Of a stretch of DNA of 30,695 nt, positions 1 through 7,527 are shown in pieces. Every line of letters begins with the position of its first letter. Within the stretch, counting starts at the first letter, position 1. A program made the translations under genes and the position numbers. Below the pieces are notes generated by a model. It was not told where the DNA came from, did no database searches, and saw nothing but the letters and a program-made list of their open reading frames with translations. The DNA comes from Candidatus Nanohaloarchaea archaeon (GTDB lineage Archaea > Nanohalarchaeota > Nanosalinia > Nanosalinales > Nanosalinaceae): positions 1-30,695 of the forward strand of contig JBDGSJ010000038.1 of assembly GCA_042217585.1 (NCBI GenBank), written 5' to 3'.

Positions 1-87
1 CGGGGGCGGGATTTGAACCCGCGTGGGAGCATTGCACCCCCAGTGGCTTAGCAAGCCACCGCAATGACCAGACTATGCGACCCCGAC
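1..87 (-). tRNA. tRNA-Ser(GCT), 3' end cut by the window edge
   Basis: Reverse complement GTCGGGG TC GCATAGTCTGGTCATTGC G GTGGC-TT-GCT-AA-GCCAC, long variable arm, T arm GCGGG-TTCAAAT-CCCGC, then CCCCG to the edge. No intron. Confidence 0.95.
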
Positions 88-112
88 ACGGTTTCTGGTT
101 GGTGGTCCAACT

Positions 113-120
113 GTTTAATA
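113..120 (-). promoter_or_regulatory. Putative TATA box for tRNA-Ser
   Basis: TATTAAAC on the minus strand 26-33 nt upstream of the tRNA 5' end. Confidence 0.5.
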
Positions 121-128
121 TCCGTCGT

Positions 129-536
129 TCAGCTGTACCTCAGGCTGGAGAAGAGGTGTGATGCCTTGATGGATGGTATCTTCAGCAGGAGGCTGAGGGA
201 GGACCGGTCGGATCTTTTCATGGCGTCGATCAGGAGGTTTTCCTCTTTTTCTCTCTGTTCCCTGTATTTTTCCATGGCTTCTTTCGGGGTTATCCCTTCT
301 CCTTTTTCTCCGGGGGACTTTATCTGTTTCTTTATGTCTTTTCTCCGGTCCAGGTATTCTTCGGGACCGATCTCTCCTGTTTCGTATCTTCCCGCGACCT
401 TGTTGAGCTCTCTGGAGTATTCCTCCCATTCATCTCCGGTTATACGACCTCTTACCAGGAGCTTCGTCACCATTTTCTGTTCGCTTCTCAGGTAGGCGTT
501 GATGTAGCCCCTGACTATTCTCTCTCTTATTTCCAT
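129..536 (-). CDS. Hypothetical helical, charged protein (135 aa)
   Basis: ATG start with an upstream AT-rich TATA-like element near 561-568; E/K/R-rich protein-like composition; no family recognised. Confidence 0.65.
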   Translation of the reverse strand: MEIRERIVRGYINAYLRSEQKMVTKLLVRGRITGDEWEEYSRELNKVAGRYETGEIGPEEYLDRRKDIKKQIKSPGEKGEGITPKEAMEKYREQREKEENLLIDAMKRSDRSSLSLLLKIPSIKASHLFSSLRYS

Positions 537-639
537 CTAGAAAGGTTTTCTGATGTAAGACTTAAAATCTGCCGGCCTCAGCCGGCCAAATTATTTAAGT
601 TTCTGCAGGGTTATTTGACCTGTAGGAGTGGTAAACAAG

Positions 640-918
640 ATGACTGAGAATATCCTGGACTTCTCGAACGTGAAGGAGAAAGACGTTTTCACCACAAAAG
701 GATCGTACTGTGGAAAAGTGAAGGACGTGGAGATCAACCTGGGGAAGTTCGCTGTCCGGGCTGTGGTCGTCGCGGCCGAGAAGGGGTCCTACCTGGCCCA
801 GAAGGTCGGGGGCTCCAAGAACGTGATCATCCCTTACAGGATGGTAGAGGCTGTTGACGACATCATCATAATCAAGGACTTCCAGACCAGCGATGTAGGA
901 GAAGAGGAGGCCGAGTGA
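640..918 (+). CDS. PRC-barrel domain protein
   Basis: K-D-V-F-T-T-K-G-S-Y-C-G-K-V-K-D-V...IIPYRMVEAVDDIIII matches the PRC-barrel pattern; AGGAG upstream of ATG 640 (GTG 628 is an alternative start). Confidence 0.88.
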   Translation: MTENILDFSNVKEKDVFTTKGSYCGKVKDVEINLGKFAVRAVVVAAEKGSYLAQKVGGSKNVIIPYRMVEAVDDIIIIKDFQTSDVGEEEAE

Positions 919-984
919 CTTCCCGGAACTCTTCCGTTTTCTCCCGGATAATTGTATAAGTATGTGGAACCAGGTTTTCCCGTG

Positions 985-1284
985 ATGATACAGTTACTCG
1001 CCGCGGTAGGAGGGCAGGTCGTTGAGAAATCCTGGGGGGTGGCCGCGGTGACTCTGAAGTACGTTCTCGCGTTGCAGCTCGTGGTGTCTTACCATCGGGC
1101 CGGAGTCGATGTTTCCGCGGTGAAGGAGGTCCTGCTCGAGCAGTCCAGACCGGTCGTACTCGGAATCCTTGCCGTCGGCACCCTGCTCTTCCTTGCGGGG
1201 AGAGATGTAGGGCCGCTTTTCGCCAGGGGATTAAGTGAAGTCATCGCCGTCGGTTATCTGGCGTTCCTGTTCTGGCATTACTGA
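985..1284 (+). CDS. Small hypothetical membrane protein (about 3 TM)
   Basis: Hydrophobic segments; ATG 985 lies about 25 nt after a TATAAG box at 955-960. Confidence 0.65.
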   Translation: MIQLLAAVGGQVVEKSWGVAAVTLKYVLALQLVVSYHRAGVDVSAVKEVLLEQSRPVVLGILAVGTLLFLAGRDVGPLFARGLSEVIAVGYLAFLFWHY

Positions 1285-1607
1285 GCGAGTCTCTGCTCGA
1301 CCTCGTTCTTCCATGTGTCCAGTGCATCCAGCGTCAGTTGTCTGAGTTCGTCGATAGGTAGTGTCGTGTAGACGTAGTAGACGGTCTTGTCGGTCTTCCC
1401 CTCCCTCATGACGAGGTCCTTCTCCAGCATCTCCTGAAGAGCTCTCTGGACCGTGGACCTGTTCCTGTCAACGCGGTCCGCTATCTCCTGGACCGTGAGC
1501 TGTGCGTCCTCTAGCTGGTCGAATATGTCGCGCTGGAGACCGTTGAGATCGAAGACGTCAAAGATTATCTGTCTGTCCTCCTTCCCCTCCAGATCCAGAA
1601 ATTCCAT
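1278..1607 (-). CDS. TrmB-like winged-HTH transcriptional regulator (109 aa)
   Basis: LTVQEIADRVDRNRSTVQRALQEMLEKDLV HTH followed by wing YYVY. Likely start is MEFLD at 1607; the track's upstream extension overlaps the SAMP gene out of frame. Confidence 0.87.
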   Translation of the reverse strand: MEFLDLEGKEDRQIIFDVFDLNGLQRDIFDQLEDAQLTVQEIADRVDRNRSTVQRALQEMLEKDLVMREGKTDKTVYYVYTTLPIDELRQLTLDALDTWKNEVEQRLAQ

Positions 1608-1639
1608 GGTTAGTATTTGTTTTCGACAGGGATAAAAAT

Positions 1640-1837
1640 TCAGCCCCCTGCGATAACGTCGAACACTTTTACCGTGTCCCCTTCCTCGAGTTCGTGCCTC
1701 CCGGAGATTATCGTGCCGTTCCTCGACACGAGGACTTCCTCCGGCTGTATGTCGCGGCTTTTCAGGAACTCCTCTACCTCGGTCCCCTCTTCGACCTCCA
1801 GTTCTTTCTCTGTCTGTTCTTCGAGGTCGTCTCTCAC
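1640..1837 (-). CDS. Ubiquitin-like small archaeal modifier / MoaD-ThiS family protein (SAMP)
   Basis: Beta-grasp pattern VLVSRNG...LEEGDTVKVFDVIAGG with C-terminal GG; start may be at 1852 (see findings). Confidence 0.9.
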   Translation of the reverse strand: MRDDLEEQTEKELEVEEGTEVEEFLKSRDIQPEEVLVSRNGTIISGRHELEEGDTVKVFDVIAGG

Positions 1838-2148
1838 GAGTGTGATCCTGATCCGGCTTCACCTTTCTCCTCTATCCTTCTGCGGTATTTTTCCATGGCT
1901 TTTTCGAGAGCCTCCTCCGAGTCGATGCCGAGGTCCTCGGATACCGCAAGCAGGGAGAACATTGCGTCCCCTATCTCTTCCTCTTTCACTTCCAGGTCCT
2001 CCGGTGACTGGCCGTAGTCCGCGGTCTTGGTCGCGTCTTTGACTATCTCTCCGACCTCGGATACGAGGTCCATTATCCGGAACGGTGTCGTCCCTCCCAG
2101 TTCGTTCTCCTCGATGAACTCCGCGACTTCTTCCTGCTGTTCTCTCAT
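1834..2148 (-). CDS. MazG-like nucleotide pyrophosphohydrolase
   Basis: DLVSEVGEI...EEEIGDAMFSL...ALEKAMEKY, the ExxE/EExxD all-alpha NTP-PPase motif. Confidence 0.9.
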   Translation of the reverse strand: MREQQEEVAEFIEENELGGTTPFRIMDLVSEVGEIVKDATKTADYGQSPEDLEVKEEEIGDAMFSLLAVSEDLGIDSEEALEKAMEKYRRRIEEKGEAGSGSHS

Positions 2149-2540
2149 CCTATCTCCTCTATCTCGACCGCTGCATCGACCGCGTTCGCGGCGTAATGGA
2201 CGCGGTCCTTTGCCTCCTCCGCGGTCATCCCCGGACCTGTTATACCCATGGTTACTGGTTTGTCACGGTCCACCGCGATGTCCTGCAGTTTCTTCGCGGT
2301 CGCGTGACCTATTATCTTGTCGTGGTCGGTGTCTCCCTCGATTATCGCGCCCAGGACCGCGACCGCGTCTATTTCGTCCCTGCGGGCCAGCCTGTCGGCC
2401 GCAAGCGGGGTGTCGTAGGTTCCCGGGACGTACTTCTTCTCGATTTCCACGCCTTTCTCCTCCGCGGCTTCCTCTGCCTCTTCTTCCATCTGTTCTGTTA
2501 TCCCGCGGTTGTACTTCGCGATGACAAGTCCAATCCTCAT
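2145..2540 (-). CDS. ribH: 6,7-dimethyl-8-ribityllumazine synthase
   Basis: RIGLVIAKYN, VPGTYDTP, AVLGAIIEGDTDHD, KPVTMGI, AKDR are archaeal RibH motifs. Confidence 0.93.
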   Translation of the reverse strand: MRIGLVIAKYNRGITEQMEEEAEEAAEEKGVEIEKKYVPGTYDTPLAADRLARRDEIDAVAVLGAIIEGDTDHDKIIGHATAKKLQDIAVDRDKPVTMGITGPGMTAEEAKDRVHYAANAVDAAVEIEEIG

Positions 2541-2566
2541 AACCGGTCTTCACGCCTCGAGGTTTA

Positions 2567-3427
2567 TTATACTTCCAGCAGGCCGGTCCGGGCCGCGTGG
2601 AAGATGTATTCCTGTGCGTAGCCCGCGTATTCCCCGAAGTGGTCCCTGATGTTCTCTGATGCCTCGGCGTAGTTTTCCGAGTGGAGTCCGGGGTAGTGGA
2701 CCTTCAGAGCTTTCCTGGCCCAGGTGTCAAGCGGAGCAGCCTCGTAGAAACCGAGTGAGAACAGCAGGACGCAGTCCGCCACCTTGTCTCCGACACCGTG
2801 GAGCTGTTTGAGGTGATCCCTCGCGTCGGTGTAATCCATCTCACGCGTCTCCTCGAGCGAGAAACCGTTCTCTATCTTCTCGACTGACCTCTCGATGTAC
2901 TCCGCGCGGTAGCCGACACCTATCTCACGGAGCTCCTGCTCTGTCGCATCCGAGAGTTCCGACGGTCCCGGGAACCTTCTCATCTCCACGCCGTCTATCA
3001 CGGTGGTCTCCCCCCATCTATCCGCGATCGCGTTGTGCATCCGTTTTATCCGCGGTATCTGCATCTGTGGCGAGCAGAGGTAGCTCACGAGGCAGGCGAA
3101 GGGGTCGTCCTGGAGAAGCCTCAACCCCCATAGCTCGTCCCGGGCAAGTTCCAGCGTCTCGTCTTCGGGGAAGGTCGAGAACACTTCCTCCAGGTCGTGG
3201 TGGAGGCCGAGCGCTCTCTCGACCTCTTCGCGGTCCAGTTCCGTCCTGACCTCCACTCCTTCTTCCGTCTCCTCGACTATCAGCGGTTTACCGTCACGGA
3301 AACTGTAGAAGTGAGGCTGTCCATCCGAGTACAGCTCACCCGAGACCCTGTGCCAGCAGAAGGTCTGGCCGCACGTCATGGTCTCCTCAAGGTCCAGGTC
3401 CTCTTCCTGTATTCTGTATGTCCTCAC
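2567..3427 (-). CDS. ogg: 8-oxoguanine DNA glycosylase/AP lyase, OGG1 family (HhH-GPD)
   Basis: N-terminal LEETMTCGQTF, GLRLLQDDPF, GVGYRAEY, HhH LHGVGDKVADCV with catalytic Lys, PLDTW, FGEYAGYAQEY; GTG start. Confidence 0.92.
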   Translation of the reverse strand: MRTYRIQEEDLDLEETMTCGQTFCWHRVSGELYSDGQPHFYSFRDGKPLIVEETEEGVEVRTELDREEVERALGLHHDLEEVFSTFPEDETLELARDELWGLRLLQDDPFACLVSYLCSPQMQIPRIKRMHNAIADRWGETTVIDGVEMRRFPGPSELSDATEQELREIGVGYRAEYIERSVEKIENGFSLEETREMDYTDARDHLKQLHGVGDKVADCVLLFSLGFYEAAPLDTWARKALKVHYPGLHSENYAEASENIRDHFGEYAGYAQEYIFHAARTGLLEV

Positions 3428-3451
3428 ACAGGCAGGTATCGAGCAAATGTT

Positions 3452-3628
3452 TTAATCGTCCTTAGTGTAGTTGACGAAACCGGTCCCGGTCTCCTCGTCC
3501 GGTTTCTTGTCCTCGGTCTTCGCCTTGGACCTCTTGTAGCTGCGGCCGCAGCGGTGGCATTTGATCCGTTTCTCTGCGTTGGACCTCTGCTTGAAACCGC
3601 AGTCGGGGCAGACGTAGTAGACCGCCAT
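3452..3628 (-). CDS. Small CPxCG-type zinc-ribbon protein (58 aa), absent from ORF track
   Basis: Manual translation MAVYYVCPDCGFKQRSNAEKRIKCHRCGRSYKRSKAKTEDKKPDEETGTGFVNYTKDD*; two CxxC pairs; fills the gap upstream of ogg. Confidence 0.82.
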   Translation of the reverse strand: MAVYYVCPDCGFKQRSNAEKRIKCHRCGRSYKRSKAKTEDKKPDEETGTGFVNYTKDD

Positions 3629-3700
3629 AAGTTATCTCTGATTCCTGAGCCTTTACTGGTTTGGGAAGGATTTTTCAGGGACCACCGAAGCAATTATCAT

Positions 3701-3994
3701 GTGAGAAAGGAGATCAAAAAAGGAGTTTTCACCGGTTTGAGTTTTGCTGGGATCGCCTTTGCGACAGTGAAGTTCATGGGGTTCAGCCAGACCAGCTTCA
3801 TCGTTATTTCATATCTCTACATAATCATGGGAGTCGTGATGTCCGTGAGTTCGGGAGAAGGAAGTCTCAGGAGCTTCCTGGACCGGAAGATCGGGAACAT
3901 CGTCCTTGTAATGGAGGGAGAGGAACTCAAGATGAGGAAAATCCTCACGGGTGAAAAATACAAGGTGAAGGGAGAGGTCGAGAAGATTCAGTAG
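3701..3994 (+). CDS. Small hypothetical membrane protein (2 TM plus soluble C-terminus, 97 aa)
   Basis: 3' part of track ORF 3197..3994 from GTG 3701; two hydrophobic helices; the upstream part is antisense to real genes. Confidence 0.6.
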   Translation: MRKEIKKGVFTGLSFAGIAFATVKFMGFSQTSFIVISYLYIIMGVVMSVSSGEGSLRSFLDRKIGNIVLVMEGEELKMRKILTGEKYKVKGEVEKIQ

Positions 3995-4821
3995 GATTTC
4001 GTCGCTATCTCCTCTCCCTTCTCGTTGAAGAGCGTGGCAGTGTCCTCGCCGTTGTTCCAGACTGAGGACGTCCCCCAGTGTAGCGCGGTCGAGTTGTCCT
4101 CACCGGACTCGGTGTAGACCGTCACCTCCTCTCCGGTCCCTAAGACGAACTTCGGGAAGACGAAGGTGGAACCCGATGAATCAGTGAGTTTCCACCCCTC
4201 AAGGTCGACCCTTCTCTGCCCGGAGTTGGTGATCACGACCTTCTCGCTGTCGGGGTGAACCGTGAGTCCGAGTTCAGGCCTCATCCTCTTCCTCATCCGG
4301 ATGTTGTGCTCACTGGCTTTCTTCCTCTTCTTCTCCAGGATCTTTCTCAGTTCCCTCGCGGCCTGCTCGACGGCTTCACGGTCAGATCCCTCGAACTCCA
4401 CTTTGACCCCTCCGTCCTCCCGGGTCGTCTTCAGCGTTCCTCTGGGAGTTTTGACCTTCTGGACGGTTTTCTCCGGAGTCTGGCGGAGGATGAGCTTTCC
4501 GCCAGGGGTAGTGAGAACAGTCCTCTTACCTGTGGGTGTGGTCTCTATCTTCATCTTTGCCCTCGGTCCCTTCAGTACGACCTCGGTCCTTCCCTGGGAG
4601 ATCTCCTCTCTGTAACGGCTGAAGGCGGTCTCGACGACCTTCCTGGCGCTCTCCGGTGTAGTTCTTGTCACTGTGTTCCTCGGCATATTGCTTATCTCTG
4701 AAACATCGGGCATGTTCTCTGAAACGTTGCCGGGCACATCTATCGACTGTGAAGCGGCAGGAATGGACACGAGACCCACAATCAGTGATGCCATGGTCGC
4801 TGCCTCGTACATACTTGCCAT
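3988..4821 (-). CDS. Secreted or anchored lamin-tail-domain (LTD) protein with decapeptide TP repeats
   Basis: N-terminal hydrophobic segment; C-terminal EKVVITNSG..VDLEGWKLTD..FVFP..L..GEEVTVYT..WNNGEDTATLFN is the LTD signature. Confidence 0.88.
   Translation of the reverse strand: MASMYEAATMASLIVGLVSIPAASQSIDVPGNVSENMPDVSEISNMPRNTVTRTTPESARKVVETAFSRYREEISQGRTEVVLKGPRAKMKIETTPTGKRTVLTTPGGKLILRQTPEKTVQKVKTPRGTLKTTREDGGVKVEFEGSDREAVEQAARELRKILEKKRKKASEHNIRMRKRMRPELGLTVHPDSEKVVITNSGQRRVDLEGWKLTDSSGSTFVFPKFVLGTGEEVTVYTESGEDNSTALHWGTSSVWNNGEDTATLFNEKGEEIATKSY
4402..4671 (-). repeat. Nine imperfect 10-aa repeats (xxxxTPxxxx) in the LTD protein
   Basis: aa 51-140: VTRTTPESAR/KVVETAFSRY/REEISQGRTE/VVLKGPRAKM/KIETTPTGKR/TVLTTPGGKL/ILRQTPEKTV/QKVKTPRGTL/KTTREDGGVK. 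Confidence 0.7.
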
Positions 4822-4845
4822 ACTTTCGCTTAAAGAAGACCGATA

Positions 4846-5847
4846 TTATAAATCCTCGTAATTGTTTTTGAAGACCAGAAGCGTTGACTTGAATATTCCG
4901 AGAGTTATCGGCCCTATAAAGAGACCTGGAGCCCCGAAAACAAACACGCCTCCCATAACTCCGATTATTATAGTTGCAGGATGCAGACCCGTCCCCCTGT
5001 CAACCAGCAGAGGCCTCAGGAAGTTGTCAGTGAGGCCCACGACGATCGAGCCATAGGCAAGAAGGAAAAGACCAGGCCCTACATCCCCTGTAGCTATCAT
5101 GTAAACGCCTGCGGGACCCCATACCAGGATCGAACCTATAAGGGGCAGGAACGCCAGTATAACCATCACAAAGGTCCAGAAGAAGTAGTTGGAAACTCCT
5201 GCGATGAATATTCCTACTCCAGCGACCACGCCCTGGGCTATCGCGACAAGCACGTGACCTTTCACGACCGCCCAGGTGGTCCGGTTCATCCTGGCGAAGA
5301 GGTTTTCCTGTATTTCCCTGTCAAGTGGTATTATCTCTTTGAGCCACTCTATGAACTCCTTGCCATCCTTGACGAAGTAGTACATCAGGAAAAGCATCAG
5401 AGATATACCTATAGTGAGGTTTGTGACTATGCCAAGTATCTGCGAGAAACTCCCGACCGTTACGGAAACGAACTGGCGGACCGCATCTTTTACTCTTTCC
5501 TCAAGCTGTATATCCTGGCCTGTAAGCTCCTGTATCTTCTGCTCTATGCTCGTCACGTCTACAGTCTCTATGGTCTCAAGTTCGGACAGAAGGTCCTGTG
5601 CATCGTCCGTCACTGCTCCCCCGATGAAGAAGACCGGTATTATCGTTATGAAGATCGATAAAAGCACTACGAACAGCGATGAGGCCTTCTCCCCCATGTA
5701 GGGGGATAGCCTCTGCTTCACCGGGTAGGTTATGAAGGCCAGTATGACGGCTCCCAGGACATAGGCGAGGAAAGGCATCAGCATCTGGGCCGACAGGTAC
5801 CCCAGAACTATTATCACGAGAAGCAGAAAGCCTTTTCTCTCGTTCAT
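4846..5847 (-). CDS. AI-2E (PerM/UPF0118) family transporter
   Basis: PFLAYVLGAVILAFITYP, YYFVKDG, AFLPLIGS, DNFLRPLL, HPATIIIGVMGG..FG..GLFIGP; start MNERK at 5847. Confidence 0.93.
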   Translation of the reverse strand: MNERKGFLLLVIIVLGYLSAQMLMPFLAYVLGAVILAFITYPVKQRLSPYMGEKASSLFVVLLSIFITIIPVFFIGGAVTDDAQDLLSELETIETVDVTSIEQKIQELTGQDIQLEERVKDAVRQFVSVTVGSFSQILGIVTNLTIGISLMLFLMYYFVKDGKEFIEWLKEIIPLDREIQENLFARMNRTTWAVVKGHVLVAIAQGVVAGVGIFIAGVSNYFFWTFVMVILAFLPLIGSILVWGPAGVYMIATGDVGPGLFLLAYGSIVVGLTDNFLRPLLVDRGTGLHPATIIIGVMGGVFVFGAPGLFIGPITLGIFKSTLLVFKNNYEDL

Positions 5848-5869
5848 ACCTCTGTTTTCGACTCCTGAA

Positions 5870-7057
5870 CTAAATAACTGTCCCGAGGCCGGAGAACTGG
5901 ATGACTGAAGGGATGAGAAGGACCGCCATACAGGCCTGCCTGTTCCCCACCTCACGTGCCGCACTCCCTATGGAAGAGGAGGTGAGCAGAACCAGGAGTC
6001 CGACGGGACCGGTCAGGTAGTAGCTCAGAAGGACTATCATGAGCAGGACTCCGGCCAGGACCTTGTCCGTCCCTGTCGATCTTATAACGCCAGGGACAGC
6101 ATCCCCTGCCTTCAGGGCGATAGGTATCGTCAGGGCCGCGGAGAGCATGGAGGCCCCGCCCAGAAGGACCGCTCTGGATCCTGTAACCTCTGTCAGACTC
6201 TGGAGCGTTATGGCGGCTCCCGAGCGCGCCTTCCCGAGGACATAGATCGTGAGGAACGATGTGAGTATGTCCGATGTATTTATCGCCCCCATCCCAGCAA
6301 GGAAATCCTTCCGCGAGCCCATCAGAGGTGAGAGAAAGGTGGTAGCTATGGCTGCACCTATACCAGGCATCAGGCCCGCGAAAAGGCCTGATAGAGCCCC
6401 GAGGAACCCTCCCCTGGCGGAACCTCCGGCGTCCACTTCCGGCTCGTCCTGCTCAGGTAAACCGCTCCCTCCCAGGGACCCCGCCACGGCAGGTACCGCG
6501 AAAAGACCTGAGAAGACCGGCATAAGGACGAATTTCTGGTTCACAGGCATCCTGAACGCCATCACTCCCAGCAGGCCTGAAAGAGCAGCGACCACCAGAG
6601 AACCCTGTTCGCGGTCCGAGCTGAGGACTGCAAAGAAGAGGAAGAACAGGAGGATGTACTCCATGAACGGCATGACAGCCGAGTAGAGCCTTGAGAGCCC
6701 AAGGAGCAGGACAGGCATCATCGTAGCGATCATCACGACAGCATAGGCTCCTCCGTATAGCGTGTAGACGAAGGCCTCCTTCCCCCTCCCGCGGGATGCC
6801 ATCTCAGCTCCAGGGAGAGCCGAAAGCGCAGACTCGGCCTCCGGGGCGCCGAGGTATATGGCAGGCAGAAAATCATGAAAAGTGTGAGAAACTGAAAGAC
6901 CGGTTATGAACACCAGATAGATGTTCAGACCTACATCAGAAGACATGTAGAGTGGCATGGAGGAAAATATGATCGTGTTCGGATGGATGCCCGGCACGAG
7001 ACCGGTGAAGACTCCGGTTATTACTCCGAGAACCATTATCGCCGTTATATCTATCAT
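5870..7057 (-). CDS. Tripartite tricarboxylate transporter TctA-family permease (archaeal type)
   Basis: G..TGLVPGIHPN, HTFHDFLPAIYLGAP, LPG..M...G.G, second repeat GLMPGIGAA. Confidence 0.9.
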   Translation of the reverse strand: MIDITAIMVLGVITGVFTGLVPGIHPNTIIFSSMPLYMSSDVGLNIYLVFITGLSVSHTFHDFLPAIYLGAPEAESALSALPGAEMASRGRGKEAFVYTLYGGAYAVVMIATMMPVLLLGLSRLYSAVMPFMEYILLFFLFFAVLSSDREQGSLVVAALSGLLGVMAFRMPVNQKFVLMPVFSGLFAVPAVAGSLGGSGLPEQDEPEVDAGGSARGGFLGALSGLFAGLMPGIGAAIATTFLSPLMGSRKDFLAGMGAINTSDILTSFLTIYVLGKARSGAAITLQSLTEVTGSRAVLLGGASMLSAALTIPIALKAGDAVPGVIRSTGTDKVLAGVLLMIVLLSYYLTGPVGLLVLLTSSSIGSAAREVGNRQACMAVLLIPSVIQFSGLGTVI

Positions 7058-7079
7058 GTCTAACCCGATATCACCACCG

Positions 7080-7089
7080 ATTTAAAAAA
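7080..7089. promoter_or_regulatory. Putative bidirectional TATA element between the tctA-like gene and nac
   Basis: ATTTAAAAAA centred in a 51-bp divergent gap, about 25 nt from both start codons. Confidence 0.5.
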
Positions 7090-7108
7090 CAGGGAACAAA
7101 CCTCAGGC

Positions 7109-7423
7109 ATGATACCAGGCAACAAGGGCGACATGGCGAAGATGATGAAACAGATGGGCGTCGACATGGAGGAAATCGATGCTGACAGGGTCGAGGTAAA
7201 GATAGGAGACAGGAAGCTGGTCTTTGAGGACCCCGATCTCTCGAAGCTCGATGTCCAGGGCAACGAGATATTCCAGCTCAAGGGAGTTTACGAGGAGCAG
7301 GAGGATATAAGCCAGGAGGACGTTGAACTCGTGGTAGAGAAGACAGGAGCCTCCGAAGAAGAGGCCCGCGAAGCGCTGAAGGACTCGGAGGACGTGGCGG
7401 ACGCGGTCATGTCCCTCCAGTAA
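7109..7423 (+). CDS. nac: Nascent polypeptide-associated complex protein
   Basis: MMKQMGVDMEEIDA..V, FQL.G, C-terminal UBA EDVELVVEKTGASEEEAREAL..DVADAVM.L. Confidence 0.95.
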   Translation: MIPGNKGDMAKMMKQMGVDMEEIDADRVEVKIGDRKLVFEDPDLSKLDVQGNEIFQLKGVYEEQEDISQEDVELVVEKTGASEEEAREALKDSEDVADAVMSLQ

Positions 7424-7527
7424 CTTCCGACACCCTATCTCTGTTTATCTTATTTTTCCTTGCCGGGTTTATCTTCGACCGTGGATGAAAGATGTGGATC
7501 TTGCTCCGTCGGTCCGGGGCGAAGCTC

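Noticed and set aside
1..600. Possible integrated element at tRNA-Ser
   Set aside because: No integrase and no repeat of the tRNA end seen in the window; the tRNA 3' side lies outside it
1608..1862. Arg-rich N-terminal extension of the HTH regulator, and similar extensions on the AI-2E, GT-C and CysC ORFs
   Set aside because: Out-of-frame overlaps with neighbouring genes; internal ATGs give normal proteins and spacing
3424..3693. 89-aa ORF MLRWSLKNP
   Set aside because: Alternative frame over the better-supported CPxCG zinc-finger gene; low-complexity composition
5870..7057. TctA without TctB/TctC
   Set aside because: Stand-alone TctA-family permeases are common in archaea
7424..7527. 104-bp gap between convergent nac and secD as a possible ncRNA
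   Set aside because: Only T-rich terminator-like stretches; no convincing structure or sRNA boxes
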